Positions 1 to 10,013 of a DNA stretch of 54,647 nt are shown one piece after another. The first letter of the stretch is position 1; each line of letters starts with the position of its first letter. The stretch lies in contig DATBUB010000339.1 in assembly GCA_036516555.1 (NCBI GenBank), positions 1-54,647 of the forward strand, written 5' to 3'. A model generated the notes under the pieces. That model was not told where the DNA came from. It searched no databases and worked only from the letters and a program-made list of their open reading frames with translations. The position numbers and the translations under genes are program-made. This DNA is from Bacillaceae bacterium (GTDB lineage: Bacteria > Bacillota > Bacilli > Bacillales > Bacillaceae_C).

Positions 1-356
1 TCTTTTATACAAAAGAAGAGATTTTCAATCTGGATAAAATAAAACAAGCTCGTTCTTATGCTTTTCCTGCAACAAAAATGAATTTTCCCCAAAACCTCGT
101 TTTCCCTCAATTACCGAGAATGTCACTCAAATCAACTTTTAGGTGCCGCCATTCATCCTAAATTGCGGTCAAAGTTTCAAATCCCAAGTAAGTCCTTTAC
201 ATAATAAACTGCTGCTCGTGAGTATGAAAAGGCGTTACTGGAACACAAAAGAATTCCGGCTCCAATCTCTAATTTCCCGGAAGACATACACAGCGCCCTC
301 TTTCTTTGCATAAGATGAAAGTAAAGAATATTGAAGCAGAAGAAATGTTGGAAATC

Positions 357-387
357 GTGTATACAATTGGGGCGTCGGGGCAAACTA
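357..387 (+). promoter_or_regulatory. possible forespore-type (sigma-F/sigma-G) promoter of csfB
   Basis: GTATA (357-361), 19 nt, CAAACTA (381-387) resembles the GHATR / CATnnTA forespore consensus. The spacer is 1 nt longer than usual. It lies just upstream of the GGAGG at 396-400. Confidence 0.3.
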
Positions 388-407
388 ATGTGTATGGAGG
401 TGGAGAT

Positions 408-581
408 GTGGAAACATGCATTATATGCGGGGAAGCACAGCAGCACGGTATTCATCTTTATACATCATTCATTTGTACGGACTGCGAGCGGGCTATGGTG
501 AAAACCAGCACGAAGGATCCGGCGTACCAAGTGTTTATAGACAAATTGAAAGTGATCAGGGAAACAAAAATCTTATCATGA
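408..581 (+). CDS. csfB: anti-sigma-G factor CsfB/Gin (zinc-binding CxxC...CxxC)
   Basis: ...ETCIICGEAQQHGIHLYTSFICTDCERAMVKTSTKDPAYQVFIDKLKVI closely parallels B. subtilis CsfB. The ORF is open from 306, but an in-frame GTG at 408 has GGAGG 7 nt upstream and gives the ~58-aa size typical of the family. The start is uncertain (306, 345 or 408). Confidence 0.85.
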   Translation: METCIICGEAQQHGIHLYTSFICTDCERAMVKTSTKDPAYQVFIDKLKVIRETKILS

Positions 582-647
582 ACCAGGCTGGATCCAAATC
601 AGTCTGGTTTTTTGTTGTACAATGGAGGGAGCAGGAGGTAGCTGAAG

Positions 648-2057
648 ATGAATCAACAAAGAATGCCGCTGTATGAACGGCTTATTTCCCATAAAAACAG
701 GAATCCGATTTCCTTCCATGTTCCCGGCCATAAGAATGGTGCATTGCTGTACGGCTACAAGGAACTGCCTGTAACCCTCGACGCGACGGAGCTCACCGGC
801 CTGGATGATCTGCATGATCCTCAGGGGGCGATCGCGGAAGCACAGGAGTTATTGGCTGATTTATACGGTACAAGGAAAAGTTATTTTCTCGTCAATGGAA
901 GTACGGCGGGGAATTTGGCGATGGTGATGGCAAACTGCCAGCCCGGCGACAAAGTATTGGTACAGCGTAATTGCCATAAGTCGGTTTTGAATGCACTGAT
1001 GCTTGCAAACGTGGAGCCTCTATTTATTTCCCCGGAAATTGACGAGAATTCCCTCACTTCGACAAACATCAATCCGGAGCTTATAAAAACAGCGTTTGAT
1101 CGGGAGCCTTCCATTAAAGCATGCATATTTACATATCCTGACTATTACGGTAACGTGTATGACCTAAAAAGCATCATTGATATCGCCCGTTCAAAAGGGG
1201 CGGTTGTTTTGATAGACGAAGCCCATGGCCCGCACTTTCGGATTGGCAGCCCATTCCCGCCATCCGCTCTTGACCTGGGTGCAGACATGGTGGTTCACTC
1301 GGCGCATAAAACATTGCCCGCCATGACGATGGGGTCTTATCTGCATGTCAACAGCGATAGAATCCTGCTGCATAAGGTGGAACATTATTTATCCGTTCTG
1401 CAGTCCAGCAGCCCATCTTATCCGATCATGGCTTCACTCGATGTCGCCAGGCGGTTTGTGGCTCATTATACAAAAAATGATTTAGACTATACTCTTAAAA
1501 AAAGAGATGAATTTATAACCCAGCTTACTCAACATCCAAATTTAAGGGTATATATAGGAGACGACCCCATCAAAATCATGCTGCAGCATGAAGATTCGTC
1601 AGGGTATGCCCTGCAGGAGGCAATGGAGGAGGCCGGGGTATACCCAGAGCTGGCCGACCCGTACAAAGTGCTGCTGATTCTTCCGCTGCTCAAGGATGGG
1701 ATGGACTTCCCTTTTGATAGAGCGGCAGAAAACATATCTCGAATACAGCCTGGAAAAAGGGAACATCCCGCCCCCATGCTGCAAGGCTACAAGAGCACAA
1801 GGCTGACCCGGTTGTCCATTTCGTATCCTGATATGATGGACAAGCAATTCGAATGGATTGCCCTTCAGGAATCGGAAGGCAGAATTGCGGCCAAAATGGT
1901 CATTCCCTATCCTCCCGGAATTCCTCTGCTTCTGCCTGGAGAAACCATTACATCGGCACATCTCCAGCAAATTCAAATGCTGAGACAAGTAAATGCGCGC
2001 TTTCAGGGAGAGACCATAGAAATGAAGGAAGGAAAGGTCGCGGTTTTTATTTCGTAG
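648..2057 (+). CDS. yaaO: Orn/Lys/Arg decarboxylase-family PLP enzyme (YaaO-like)
   Basis: 469 aa with the PLP-lysine motif SAHKTLPAMT. It sits immediately upstream of tmk as in B. subtilis. AGGAGG lies 9 nt before the ATG. Confidence 0.9.
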   Translation: MNQQRMPLYERLISHKNRNPISFHVPGHKNGALLYGYKELPVTLDATELTGLDDLHDPQGAIAEAQELLADLYGTRKSYFLVNGSTAGNLAMVMANCQPGDKVLVQRNCHKSVLNALMLANVEPLFISPEIDENSLTSTNINPELIKTAFDREPSIKACIFTYPDYYGNVYDLKSIIDIARSKGAVVLIDEAHGPHFRIGSPFPPSALDLGADMVVHSAHKTLPAMTMGSYLHVNSDRILLHKVEHYLSVLQSSSPSYPIMASLDVARRFVAHYTKNDLDYTLKKRDEFITQLTQHPNLRVYIGDDPIKIMLQHEDSSGYALQEAMEEAGVYPELADPYKVLLILPLLKDGMDFPFDRAAENISRIQPGKREHPAPMLQGYKSTRLTRLSISYPDMMDKQFEWIALQESEGRIAAKMVIPYPPGIPLLLPGETITSAHLQQIQMLRQVNARFQGETIEMKEGKVAVFIS

Positions 2058-2113
2058 ACAGCGCAGATGGTATACAATTGGAAAGATGAGAAGACGGACG
2101 GAGGACAATTGGA

Positions 2114-2758
2114 ATGCAAGGAATATTCATTACTTTTGAAGGGCCGGAAGGTGCAGGAAAAACAACGGTGATCCGCAAACTTGAGGCCGAATTGAAGGAA
2201 CGGGGGATTGATGCCATTCTGACCCGCGAGCCGGGAGGCATACAAATCTCAGAAGATATCCGCAGCATTATTCTGGATCCAAAGAACACCGCCATGGACA
2301 GCAGGACGGAAGCTTTGCTTTATGCGGCAGCCCGGCGTCAGCACCTGATTGAAAAAGTGGTTCCTGCACTGGAAAGGGGAGAGGTTGTCCTATGCGACCG
2401 GTTCATCGATAGTTCGCTTGCCTACCAAGGGCATGCAAGGGGGCTGGGCATCGAAGAAGTATGGACAATCAACCAATTTGCCATCCAGAGCCTGATGCCG
2501 GATGCCACCATCTACCTGGATATCGATCCGGAAGCGGGACTTAAAAGGATTCAGGCACATAATGGCCGCGAGGTAAACCGCCTCGATCTGGAGGCTGTGG
2601 AATTCCACCAGAAGGTTCGCGAGGGGTATCAGCTACTTTTGGAACGCTTCCCTGAAAGGATCATATCCATTGATGCAGCGGGGACACTGGAAGAAGTATC
2701 GGATAAAGCTGGAGCGATTGTGAAAGAATTGCTTCAGAAGCGGGGAATTATGCGCTAA
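2114..2758 (+). CDS. tmk: thymidylate kinase
   Basis: P-loop [17 protein letters not shown] motif, 214 aa, conserved position. Confidence 0.95.
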   Translation: MQGIFITFEGPEGAGKTTVIRKLEAELKERGIDAILTREPGGIQISEDIRSIILDPKNTAMDSRTEALLYAAARRQHLIEKVVPALERGEVVLCDRFIDSSLAYQGHARGLGIEEVWTINQFAIQSLMPDATIYLDIDPEAGLKRIQAHNGREVNRLDLEAVEFHQKVREGYQLLLERFPERIISIDAAGTLEEVSDKAGAIVKELLQKRGIMR

Positions 2759-2871
2759 TTGGTGCAACGCATGTCGATATTTTGGGCAAGATAGCAAGAA
2801 ATAACTCTGTAACATATTGGAATAACTGATATAATAGGAATAATATAGACCATTTTCACATTTTAAACTAG

Positions 2872-3216
<345 letters not shown>

Positions 3217-3233
3217 TCAGGAGTTAACCATAA

Positions 3234-3674
3234 ATGAAAGTAAACCAAGAAATCAGGACACGGCTGGGTCATGTTCCGAAAGAAGCAAAGTCTGCCCAGG
3301 CCGGGAACACCAAGTTCTCTGAATTTGTGACCCGGCAGGACCAAAAGCTGCGCGCCGAGCAATTGAACAAACTGCTTGCCGATATCAATGTGGCTGGTGA
3401 CCGGCTCGGAAGAACCCAGACGTTCCAGGATTTGACCAAATATAAAAATCTCGTCAAAAGATTCGTGAAAGAAACCGTGGACTTCGGCATGCAGCTGAAA
3501 CAGTCCCATACATGGAATCAGTTTGGCGAGGGCAGGAAGCTGAATATTGTCGAAACCATCGACAAAAAGCTGGTAGAGCTGACGGATGAAGTCATGCAGC
3601 AGGAGAAGCAGCCGATCGATCTTTTGGGTAAAATCGGAGAGATCAAGGGTTTGCTCATCAACTTATATACGTAG
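3234..3674 (+). CDS. yaaR: YaaR family protein (DUF327)
   Basis: 146 aa, the same length and position as B. subtilis YaaR, between darA and holB. Confidence 0.8.
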   Translation: MKVNQEIRTRLGHVPKEAKSAQAGNTKFSEFVTRQDQKLRAEQLNKLLADINVAGDRLGRTQTFQDLTKYKNLVKRFVKETVDFGMQLKQSHTWNQFGEGRKLNIVETIDKKLVELTDEVMQQEKQPIDLLGKIGEIKGLLINLYT

Positions 3675-3688
3675 GCAGGTGTATACGG

Positions 3689-4696
3689 GTGTCTGAAACA
3701 TGGGAACAATTGAAGAATGAACAGCCGCTTGCAGCCAAGATGCTGGAAAGCAGTAAGGCAAAAGAACGGATTGCCCACGCCTACTTATTTGAGGGAGAGC
3801 ATGGCACAGGAAAAAAAGCTGCCAGCCTCTTGTTTGCGAAAAGTCTTTTTTGTGAAGCGCCTGTTGGATCCCTCGACCCATGCGGAAGCTGTGTGAACTG
3901 CAAACGGATCAGGAACGGAAACCATCCGGATGTCCATTTGGTGGAGCCGGATGGTTTATCCATTAAAATCGACCAGATCCGCAGCTTGCGCAAAGAATTC
4001 AGCAAGTCCGGGGTGGAATCGGGCCAGAAGCTGTATATCATCGCCGATGCGGAAAAAATGACGGTTCAGGCTGCGAACAGCCTCCTGAAGTTTTTAGAAG
4101 AACCCAACTCCAAAACAACCGCCATCCTGATCACGGAGCAGCTGCAGCGCATATTGCCCACGATTCTGTCACGCTGTCAGGTGATTTCGTTCAGAAGCCT
4201 TCCCGCCCATTTTTTTGTGGCCAAGCTGTTGGAGGAAGGCGTGCATTCGGTCAAAGCACCTCTGTTGGCAGCTGTAACGAATAACCTTGAAGAGGCCCTT
4301 GGGCTGAATGGCGATGATTGGTTTGCACAAGCCCGAAAAATAGTGTTAAAATTATATGAAGCCCTTAAGCAGAACCCGCTTCAGGCAATGACTGCCATCC
4401 AGGAAGACTGGATCGGCCATTTCAAGGAGAAGGCCCAGATTGATCAGGGGCTGACCCTTTTATTGCTTATATATAAGGATGTCCTTTATATACAATTGGG
4501 AAAGGAAGGACAGCTTGTCTATCCGGATCAACGGAGCAGGCTGGAGGGGGATGCCCTCCATACTTCGTCGAGGCGGCTGTCAGAACAGATGACTGCAATT
4601 TTGGAAGCCAAACGGAAATTAAACTCTAATATGAATCCTCAGCTGTTGATGGAACAGCTTGTGCTGAATTTGCAGGGGGGACCTTCTTTTGTATAA
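3689..4696 (+). CDS. holB: DNA polymerase III delta-prime subunit
   Basis: AHAYLFEGEHGTGKK Walker-like motif, zinc module CGSCVNCKRI, SRCQ motif. GTG start with AGGTG 7 nt upstream. Confidence 0.93.
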   Translation: MSETWEQLKNEQPLAAKMLESSKAKERIAHAYLFEGEHGTGKKAASLLFAKSLFCEAPVGSLDPCGSCVNCKRIRNGNHPDVHLVEPDGLSIKIDQIRSLRKEFSKSGVESGQKLYIIADAEKMTVQAANSLLKFLEEPNSKTTAILITEQLQRILPTILSRCQVISFRSLPAHFFVAKLLEEGVHSVKAPLLAAVTNNLEEALGLNGDDWFAQARKIVLKLYEALKQNPLQAMTAIQEDWIGHFKEKAQIDQGLTLLLLIYKDVLYIQLGKEGQLVYPDQRSRLEGDALHTSSRRLSEQMTAILEAKRKLNSNMNPQLLMEQLVLNLQGGPSFV

Positions 4697-5516
4697 TGTG
4701 GTAGGTGTCCGGTTTAAAAAGGCCGGTAAAATATATTATTTCGATCCCGGAGAATTTCCGGTCCGCAAAGGCGATTATGTCATCGTGGAAACCGCACGCG
4801 GGATTGAATACGGTAAAGCGGTGACCGACAGGAAAACGGTAAATGAGAATGATGTGGTGCTGCCCTTGAAAAAAGTAGTCAGGCTGGCAGACCAAAAGGA
4901 TCAATTGAATGTGCAGGAGAATAAAGAAGCTGCTGTACAAGCCTTTGATGTTTGCAGTGAGAAAATAACTGAACACCAGCTGGATATGAAGCTGGTCGAT
5001 GTTGAATATACATTTGACCGAAACAAAGTGATTTTCTATTTTACAGCCGATGGACGAGTGGATTTTCGTGAACTTGTAAAGGATTTGGCTTCCATCTTCC
5101 GCACGAGGATCGAACTGAGACAAATCGGTGTGAGGGATGAGGCAAAGATGCTGGGAGGCATTGGTCCTTGCGGGCGGATGCTTTGCTGCTCCACATTCCT
5201 GGGAGATTTTGAGCCTGTTTCAATCAAAATGGCCAAAGACCAAAACCTCTCCTTGAATCCGACCAAAATTTCGGGTTTGTGCGGCCGCTTGATGTGCTGC
5301 CTGAAGTATGAAAATGATGAATATGAGGCAGCCAAAGCGGAGCTTCCGGATGTGGGGGAAACGATCAAAACGCCGGATGGATCGGGCCGTGTCATCGGGC
5401 TCAATATCCTGGAGCGAATCATGCAGGTGGAGCTGACCGGGCAGGAACGCATATTGGAATATACGTTGGAAGAGATTGCAAACGAGAGTGTGACGTCTGT
5501 CCGGGCCACGGATTAA
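4689..5516 (+). CDS. ricT: PSP1-domain stage 0 sporulation / RNase Y regulator RicT (YaaT)
   Basis: [20 protein letters not shown]... is near-identical to the B. subtilis YaaT N-terminus. Cys-rich CGRMLCC / CGRLMCC motifs are present. The TTG start overlaps the holB stop. Confidence 0.93.
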   Translation: MYNVVGVRFKKAGKIYYFDPGEFPVRKGDYVIVETARGIEYGKAVTDRKTVNENDVVLPLKKVVRLADQKDQLNVQENKEAAVQAFDVCSEKITEHQLDMKLVDVEYTFDRNKVIFYFTADGRVDFRELVKDLASIFRTRIELRQIGVRDEAKMLGGIGPCGRMLCCSTFLGDFEPVSIKMAKDQNLSLNPTKISGLCGRLMCCLKYENDEYEAAKAELPDVGETIKTPDGSGRVIGLNILERIMQVELTGQERILEYTLEEIANESVTSVRATD

Positions 5517-5529
5517 TGGGGTGGAGTGT

Positions 5530-5895
5530 ATGGATAAGAAGGAGTTCTTTGATTCAGTAAGCAATATGGAGATGCAAATCGGGCATTTGTATCAACAGCT
5601 TGGCGAACTAAAGGTCCATCTCGCGGAATTGATCGAGGAAAACCATGCGCTCAAGCTTGAGAATGACCATTTGCGCCGGCATATGGAGAAGGAAGGGCCG
5701 GAGCGCGGTGCTCCATCGCCTGCTGGAAAAAAGAACGAGCAAAGTGAATATGAAAAAATGACGGAAGTAGGAGAAGGCTACGACAACCTGGCCCGCTTGT
5801 ACCACGAAGGCTTTCATATTTGCAACGTCCATTTTGGCAGCCCGAGGCGGGATGAAGACTGCCTGTTCTGTCTCTCGTTTTTAAATAAAAAGTAG
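5530..5895 (+). CDS. yabA: DNA replication initiation control protein YabA
   Basis: Coiled-coil N-terminus and C-terminal zinc motif HICNVHFG...CLFCLSF. ATG at 5530 follows GGGGTGGAG. The ORF is open from 5521. Confidence 0.92.
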   Translation: MDKKEFFDSVSNMEMQIGHLYQQLGELKVHLAELIEENHALKLENDHLRRHMEKEGPERGAPSPAGKKNEQSEYEKMTEVGEGYDNLARLYHEGFHICNVHFGSPRRDEDCLFCLSFLNKK

Positions 5896-5953
5896 CCGTC
5901 AGAAATGACGAGTATAGGTACGGCCTTCCTTTTGCAAGAGGAAGGCCATTTTT

Positions 5954-6715
5954 ATGGAGTTGAATGGCATGGTAGAGTTGCATGAAGATGAAAGACTGGA
6001 TTATTTGCTGGCGGAAAATTTACGGATCATCCAAAGCCCGAAGGTATTTGCCTTTTCCCTGGATGCCGTTCTGCTGGCCCGATTTGCCTATTTGCCGATT
6101 CAAAAGGGAAACATAATCGATTTATGCAGCGGGAATGGAGTGGTTCCTCTTCTTCTCAGCAATAAAACAAAAGCGGCCATTACAGGCGTTGAAATCCAAG
6201 AGCGGCTGTACAATATGGCTGTCAGAAGTGTAGCATGCAATGGACTGGAAGAGAAAATCAGGATGATCCATGGGGATTTGAAGGAGGCCCCCGAGATGCT
6301 TGGATTTGCCAAGTATGACGTCGTGACATGCAATCCTCCTTATTTTTTGTCTCCTTCACCGGATGTCATCAATGAAAATGAGCACTTGGCGATCGCCCGC
6401 CATGAAATCCTCTGTACATTGGAAGACGTTGTCCGGGTCAGCAGCCAGCTGCTGCGGCAGGGAGGAAAAGCCGCTTTTGTCCACCGTCCGGAGCGGCTGA
6501 TGGATATCTTGACTCTCATGAGGCAGTACCGCCTTGAGCCAAAGCGCCTTCGTTTTGTCTATCCCAAAGCGGGCAAGGAAGCGAACACCATCCTGGTGGA
6601 GGGCACAAAAAACGGAAATGCTGGACTGAAGGTGCTGCCTCCGCTTTTTGTTTATAATGAACAAAACGAATATACGCCTGAAGTTAGAGAGATTTTATAT
6701 GGAAACGAAGAATAA
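5954..6715 (+). CDS. trmN6: tRNA1(Val) (adenine37-N6)-methyltransferase (YabB/TrmN6)
   Basis: SAM-binding DLCSGNG motif and catalytic NPPY motif. Position is syntenic. An alternative start lies at 5969. Confidence 0.9.
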   Translation: MELNGMVELHEDERLDYLLAENLRIIQSPKVFAFSLDAVLLARFAYLPIQKGNIIDLCSGNGVVPLLLSNKTKAAITGVEIQERLYNMAVRSVACNGLEEKIRMIHGDLKEAPEMLGFAKYDVVTCNPPYFLSPSPDVINENEHLAIARHEILCTLEDVVRVSSQLLRQGGKAAFVHRPERLMDILTLMRQYRLEPKRLRFVYPKAGKEANTILVEGTKNGNAGLKVLPPLFVYNEQNEYTPEVREILYGNEE

Positions 6716-6986
6716 GCATTACTTTTACGTGCTGGAGTGCAAGGATGGCTCCTTTTATGGCGGGTATACCATTGACCCTGCCCGCAGGCTCGAACAGCAC
6801 AACAGCGGAAAAGGCGCCAAGTATACAAGGATGAGGGCTCCAGTCAAGATGATCTACATGGAAGAGTTTGACGATAAAAGGGAAGCGATGAGGGCCGAAT
6901 ATGCCTTTAAACGTTTGCCGCGAGTGAAGAAGGAACAATTTTTGAGAGAGGCCGGTGAAAAAGATGCAGAGTCAAAAGAGCTTTGA
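6699..6986 (+). CDS. yazA: GIY-YIG nuclease family protein (YazA)
   Basis: [18 protein letters not shown]...GKGAKYTR is the GIY-YIG signature. The ORF is open from 6648, but the family N-terminus aligns with the ATG at 6699. Confidence 0.88.
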   Translation: METKNKHYFYVLECKDGSFYGGYTIDPARRLEQHNSGKGAKYTRMRAPVKMIYMEEFDDKREAMRAEYAFKRLPRVKKEQFLREAGEKDAESKEL

Positions 6987-7842
6987 TGGTACGGCCGGGA
7001 AAGGGATTCTCTATCTTGTTCCGACACCGATCGGCAATTTGGAGGATATGACGTTCCGAGCCATACGGATCATGAAGGAGTCGCACGTGATTGCGGCTGA
7101 GGATACACGAAATACAAGGAAGCTGTGCAATTACTTTGAAATTGACACGCCTGTCGTCAGTTATCATGAACATAATAAGGAAAAAAGCGGTCCGCATCTC
7201 CTCGCCAGGCTGGCAGCCGGAGAAGATGTGGCCCTCGTCAGTGACGCCGGTATGCCTTGCATTTCGGACCCTGGGTATGAACTGGCATCTTCGGCTATAG
7301 AAGCCGGGCTGGCGGTGGTCCCTCTGCCGGGTGCCAATGCTGGGCTGACAGCTCTCATCGCCTCGGGGATCGCCCCGCAGCCCTTTTATTTTTACGGATT
7401 TTTGCCAAGAGGGAAAAAAGAGAAGAAGACAGAGCTTGAGAGCTTGAAGAGGCAAACGGGAGCCATCATTTTTTATGAGGCTCCCCACCGTCTGAAAGAA
7501 ACGCTGAGAGCGATGCTTGTACATTGGGGTAACCGGAACATTGTGCTTTGCCGCGAATTGACAAAGAAGTACGAAGAGTTTCTGCGCGGGACTCTGGAAG
7601 AAGCCGTTCAGTGGGCAGAGAGGGAGGAAATACGCGGTGAGTTTTGCCTGATCGTGGAAGGAAGCCTTGAAAGCGTCGTACAGGAAGAAGCGGAATCGTG
7701 GTGGGACGGAATGGAGATCAAAGACCATGTCCTTCATTATATGGAAAACGGAGGGATGTCTTCCAAAGAGGCCATCAAGCTTGCAGCCAAGGACCGGGAC
7801 CTCCCCAAACGCGATGTGTACCAAGCTTATCATGTTGACTGA
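6964..7842 (+). CDS. rsmI: 16S rRNA (cytidine1402-2'-O)-methyltransferase RsmI (YabC)
   Basis: [21 protein letters not shown]... is the tetrapyrrole-methylase-fold RsmI N-terminus. Start is at 6955 (GTG) or 6964 (ATG). Confidence 0.93.
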   Translation: MQSQKSFDGTAGKGILYLVPTPIGNLEDMTFRAIRIMKESHVIAAEDTRNTRKLCNYFEIDTPVVSYHEHNKEKSGPHLLARLAAGEDVALVSDAGMPCISDPGYELASSAIEAGLAVVPLPGANAGLTALIASGIAPQPFYFYGFLPRGKKEKKTELESLKRQTGAIIFYEAPHRLKETLRAMLVHWGNRNIVLCRELTKKYEEFLRGTLEEAVQWAEREEIRGEFCLIVEGSLESVVQEEAESWWDGMEIKDHVLHYMENGGMSSKEAIKLAAKDRDLPKRDVYQAYHVD

Positions 7843-7868
7843 AACTGCCAATTCGGCAGTTTTTTTTT
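7842..7868 (+). terminator. rho-independent terminator after rsmI
   Basis: Stem aaactgcc / ggcagttt with loop aattc, followed by a T-run (7860-7868). Confidence 0.75.
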
Positions 7869-7909
7869 GTTGCATTTCTCAGAAACCTTTGTTACCCTTA
7901 ATCATAAGC

Positions 7910-7936
7910 TAATTCCAAGTAATTTTATCAGAAAAG
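7910..7936 (-). promoter_or_regulatory. CymR-like operator candidate upstream of the yrrT-luxS-mccAB operon
   Basis: The minus strand reads ...GATAAAATTACTTGGAATTA. It shares ATAAAAnTACTnGGAATT with the site upstream of cysK (49563-49589). It is a partial match to the CymR box as I recall it (TAAWNCN2ANTWNAN3ATMGGAATTW). Confidence 0.35.
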
Positions 7937-7949
7937 AGGGAATAAGGCG

Positions 7950-8594
7950 ATGGGGAGAGAATTTAACGACTTGTTCGATCAGTGGGCTGAGTCGTACGAC
8001 GATACGATTACAGGCCATGACGCAGAATATATGGATGTATTTGACCGATACGATGCCATTTTGCAAAACGTGGCGGACAAGACTTGCGGTTTTGTCATTG
8101 AGTTTGGTGTTGGTACGGGTAATCTCACGGAAAAGCTGCTGCAAAGCGGAAAAGAGGTCTATGGAGTAGAGCCTTCGGAAGGGATGAGGAAAAAAGCCCA
8201 AGTGAAGCTTCCGCATATCACGTTTGTGGACGGGGATTTCTTGCAATTTCCCCTGCCTGGTAAGAAAGCGGATGCCATTGTGAGCACCTATGCTTTCCAT
8301 CATCTAAGAGATGAAGAAAAGGAGAAGGCCATTGCCGGCTACAGGAGCATCCTGAGGGATTCAGGGAAAATCGTGTTTGCCGATACGGTTTTTGAAGATG
8401 AGACCGCCATGCTTGAAACCATCAAGGCTGTCGAAGAGAAAGGTTTTCTCCGGCTTGCCCAGGATTTGAAGACGGAATACTACACAACCATCCCCATCAT
8501 GGCACATATATTTGAGGCAAATGGCTTCGACATTACGTTCGAACGCCAGAACCATTTTGTCTGGCTGATGGAAGCAACCAAAAAGGAGAGATGA
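7950..8594 (+). CDS. yrrT: class I SAM-dependent methyltransferase YrrT
   Basis: MGREFNDLFDQWAESYD...EFGVGTGNLTEKLL...YAFHHLRDEEK...IVFADTVFE parallels B. subtilis YrrT along its whole length. Confidence 0.88.
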   Translation: MGREFNDLFDQWAESYDDTITGHDAEYMDVFDRYDAILQNVADKTCGFVIEFGVGTGNLTEKLLQSGKEVYGVEPSEGMRKKAQVKLPHITFVDGDFLQFPLPGKKADAIVSTYAFHHLRDEEKEKAIAGYRSILRDSGKIVFADTVFEDETAMLETIKAVEEKGFLRLAQDLKTEYYTTIPIMAHIFEANGFDITFERQNHFVWLMEATKKER

Positions 8595-8597
8595 CCC

Positions 8598-9065
8598 ATG
8601 AATGCAGAAAAGAAAATGAACGTAGAAAGCTTCAACCTTGACCATACAAAAGTGAAGGCGCCGTATGTCCGTCTTGCAGGGGTAAAGGAAGGAAAGAACG
8701 GGGATGTCATCCGCAAGTACGATATCCGTTTCTGCCAGCCCAATAAGGAACATCTGGATATGCCGTCGCTCCATTCGCTTGAGCATATGATGGCAGAGTT
8801 CAGCCGGAACCATTCCGGCCAGATTGTCGACATCAGTCCGATGGGCTGCCAGACCGGGTATTATATGGCGCTGATCAACCATGATGACTATGAAGATGTT
8901 TTGGCTATTCTGGAAAAGACCTTGCGGGATGTTCTTGAAGCGACGGAGGTCCCTGCATGCAACGAGGTGCAATGCGGATGGGCCGCCAGCCACAGTCTTG
9001 AAGGGGCAAAGGAAATTGCCCGGAAGATGCTGGCTAAGCGGGAAGAGTGGACAGAAGTATTCTGA
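8598..9065 (+). CDS. luxS: S-ribosylhomocysteine lyase LuxS
   Basis: [17 protein letters not shown], the metal motif [10 protein letters not shown] and a conserved downstream Cys. 155 aa. GGAGAG RBS. Confidence 0.95.
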   Translation: MNAEKKMNVESFNLDHTKVKAPYVRLAGVKEGKNGDVIRKYDIRFCQPNKEHLDMPSLHSLEHMMAEFSRNHSGQIVDISPMGCQTGYYMALINHDDYEDVLAILEKTLRDVLEATEVPACNEVQCGWAASHSLEGAKEIARKMLAKREEWTEVF

Positions 9066-9083
9066 TAAAAAAGAGGGAACAGC

Positions 9084-10013
9084 ATGTATTACGCTAAAAA
9101 CATACAGGAGCTGATCGGCCGGACACCGATTCTTGAACTTACGGCTTTTCCGCTGCCGCCGGGAGTGAGGCTTTTCGCAAAGCTGGAGTATTTCAATCCT
9201 GGGGGCAGTGTGAAAGACCGTCTCGGACAATATTTGCTGCAGGAAGCATTCGCCTCGGGCAAGCTGGAAAAGGGCGGTACAGTCATTGAGCCGACCGCGG
9301 GAAATACCGGGATTGGGCTCGCTATGGCAGCCATTCAATATGGAGTAAAGGCCATCTTTGTCACCCCGGAAAAATTCAGCCGTGAAAAGCAGATCCTGAT
9401 GAGGGCCTTGGGGGCGGAAGTCGTCAACACTCCGACAGAGCTTGGGATGGAAGGGGCCATTGAAAAGGCCACACAGCTTGTCTCTGAGATACCGGGAGCC
9501 TATTATCCAGGCCAATTCCATAATGAAGCCAACCCTGCCACTTATTATGCCAGTATCGGCCCCGAACTGATGGATGCCATGGATGGAAAGATCGATATTT
9601 TTGTGGCCGGAGCGGGTTCGGGCGGAACGTTTACAGGCACGGCGCGATATTTAAAAGAACATATCGAGAATGTTAGATGTGTGGTAGTGGAACCGGCGGG
9701 TTCCATCCTGAACGGAGGGAAGGCGGGACCGCATCGCACGGAAGGCATAGGCATGGAATTTCTGCCGCCATTTATGGATACATCCCTGTTTGACGGAATC
9801 CATACCATCCCGGATGAGGAGGCTTTCGCGCTATTGAAGGAGGCGGCCAAAAGGGAAGGATTGCTTATTGGCAGTTCCTCAGGGGCTGCACTGGCTGCCA
9901 GTTTAATAGAAGCCGCACGGGCAAAGCCGGGGACCCATATTGTGACCATCTTTCCCGATAGCAGCGAACGTTATATAAGCAGCAGAATTTATGATGAGGT
10001 GAATGAAGGATGA
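9084..10013 (+). CDS. mccA: cysteine synthase-family PLP enzyme, MccA-like (O-acetylserine-dependent cystathionine beta-synthase)
   Basis: NPGGSVKDR PLP-lysine motif and [10 protein letters not shown] loop. It pairs with a downstream gamma-lyase, as in the B. subtilis mccAB operon. Confidence 0.85.
   Translation: MYYAKNIQELIGRTPILELTAFPLPPGVRLFAKLEYFNPGGSVKDRLGQYLLQEAFASGKLEKGGTVIEPTAGNTGIGLAMAAIQYGVKAIFVTPEKFSREKQILMRALGAEVVNTPTELGMEGAIEKATQLVSEIPGAYYPGQFHNEANPATYYASIGPELMDAMDGKIDIFVAGAGSGGTFTGTARYLKEHIENVRCVVVEPAGSILNGGKAGPHRTEGIGMEFLPPFMDTSLFDGIHTIPDEEAFALLKEAAKREGLLIGSSSGAALAASLIEAARAKPGTHIVTIFPDSSERYISSRIYDEVNEG

Noticed and set aside
177-676. ORFs 177-455 (-) and 416-676 (+) around csfB.
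   Set aside because: They overlap csfB and the yaaO start in other frames or strands, with no RBS. The first ~300 nt contain no ORF I can support, and no gene runs off the left edge on either strand.
6907-7875. 322-aa minus-strand ORF.
   Set aside because: It is antisense to rsmI and runs through the rsmI terminator. No homology is recognisable.
8361-9521. 386-aa minus-strand ORF spanning yrrT, luxS and mccA.
   Set aside because: It is antisense to three confidently identified + strand genes, crosses their intergenic RBS regions, and has junk-like composition.
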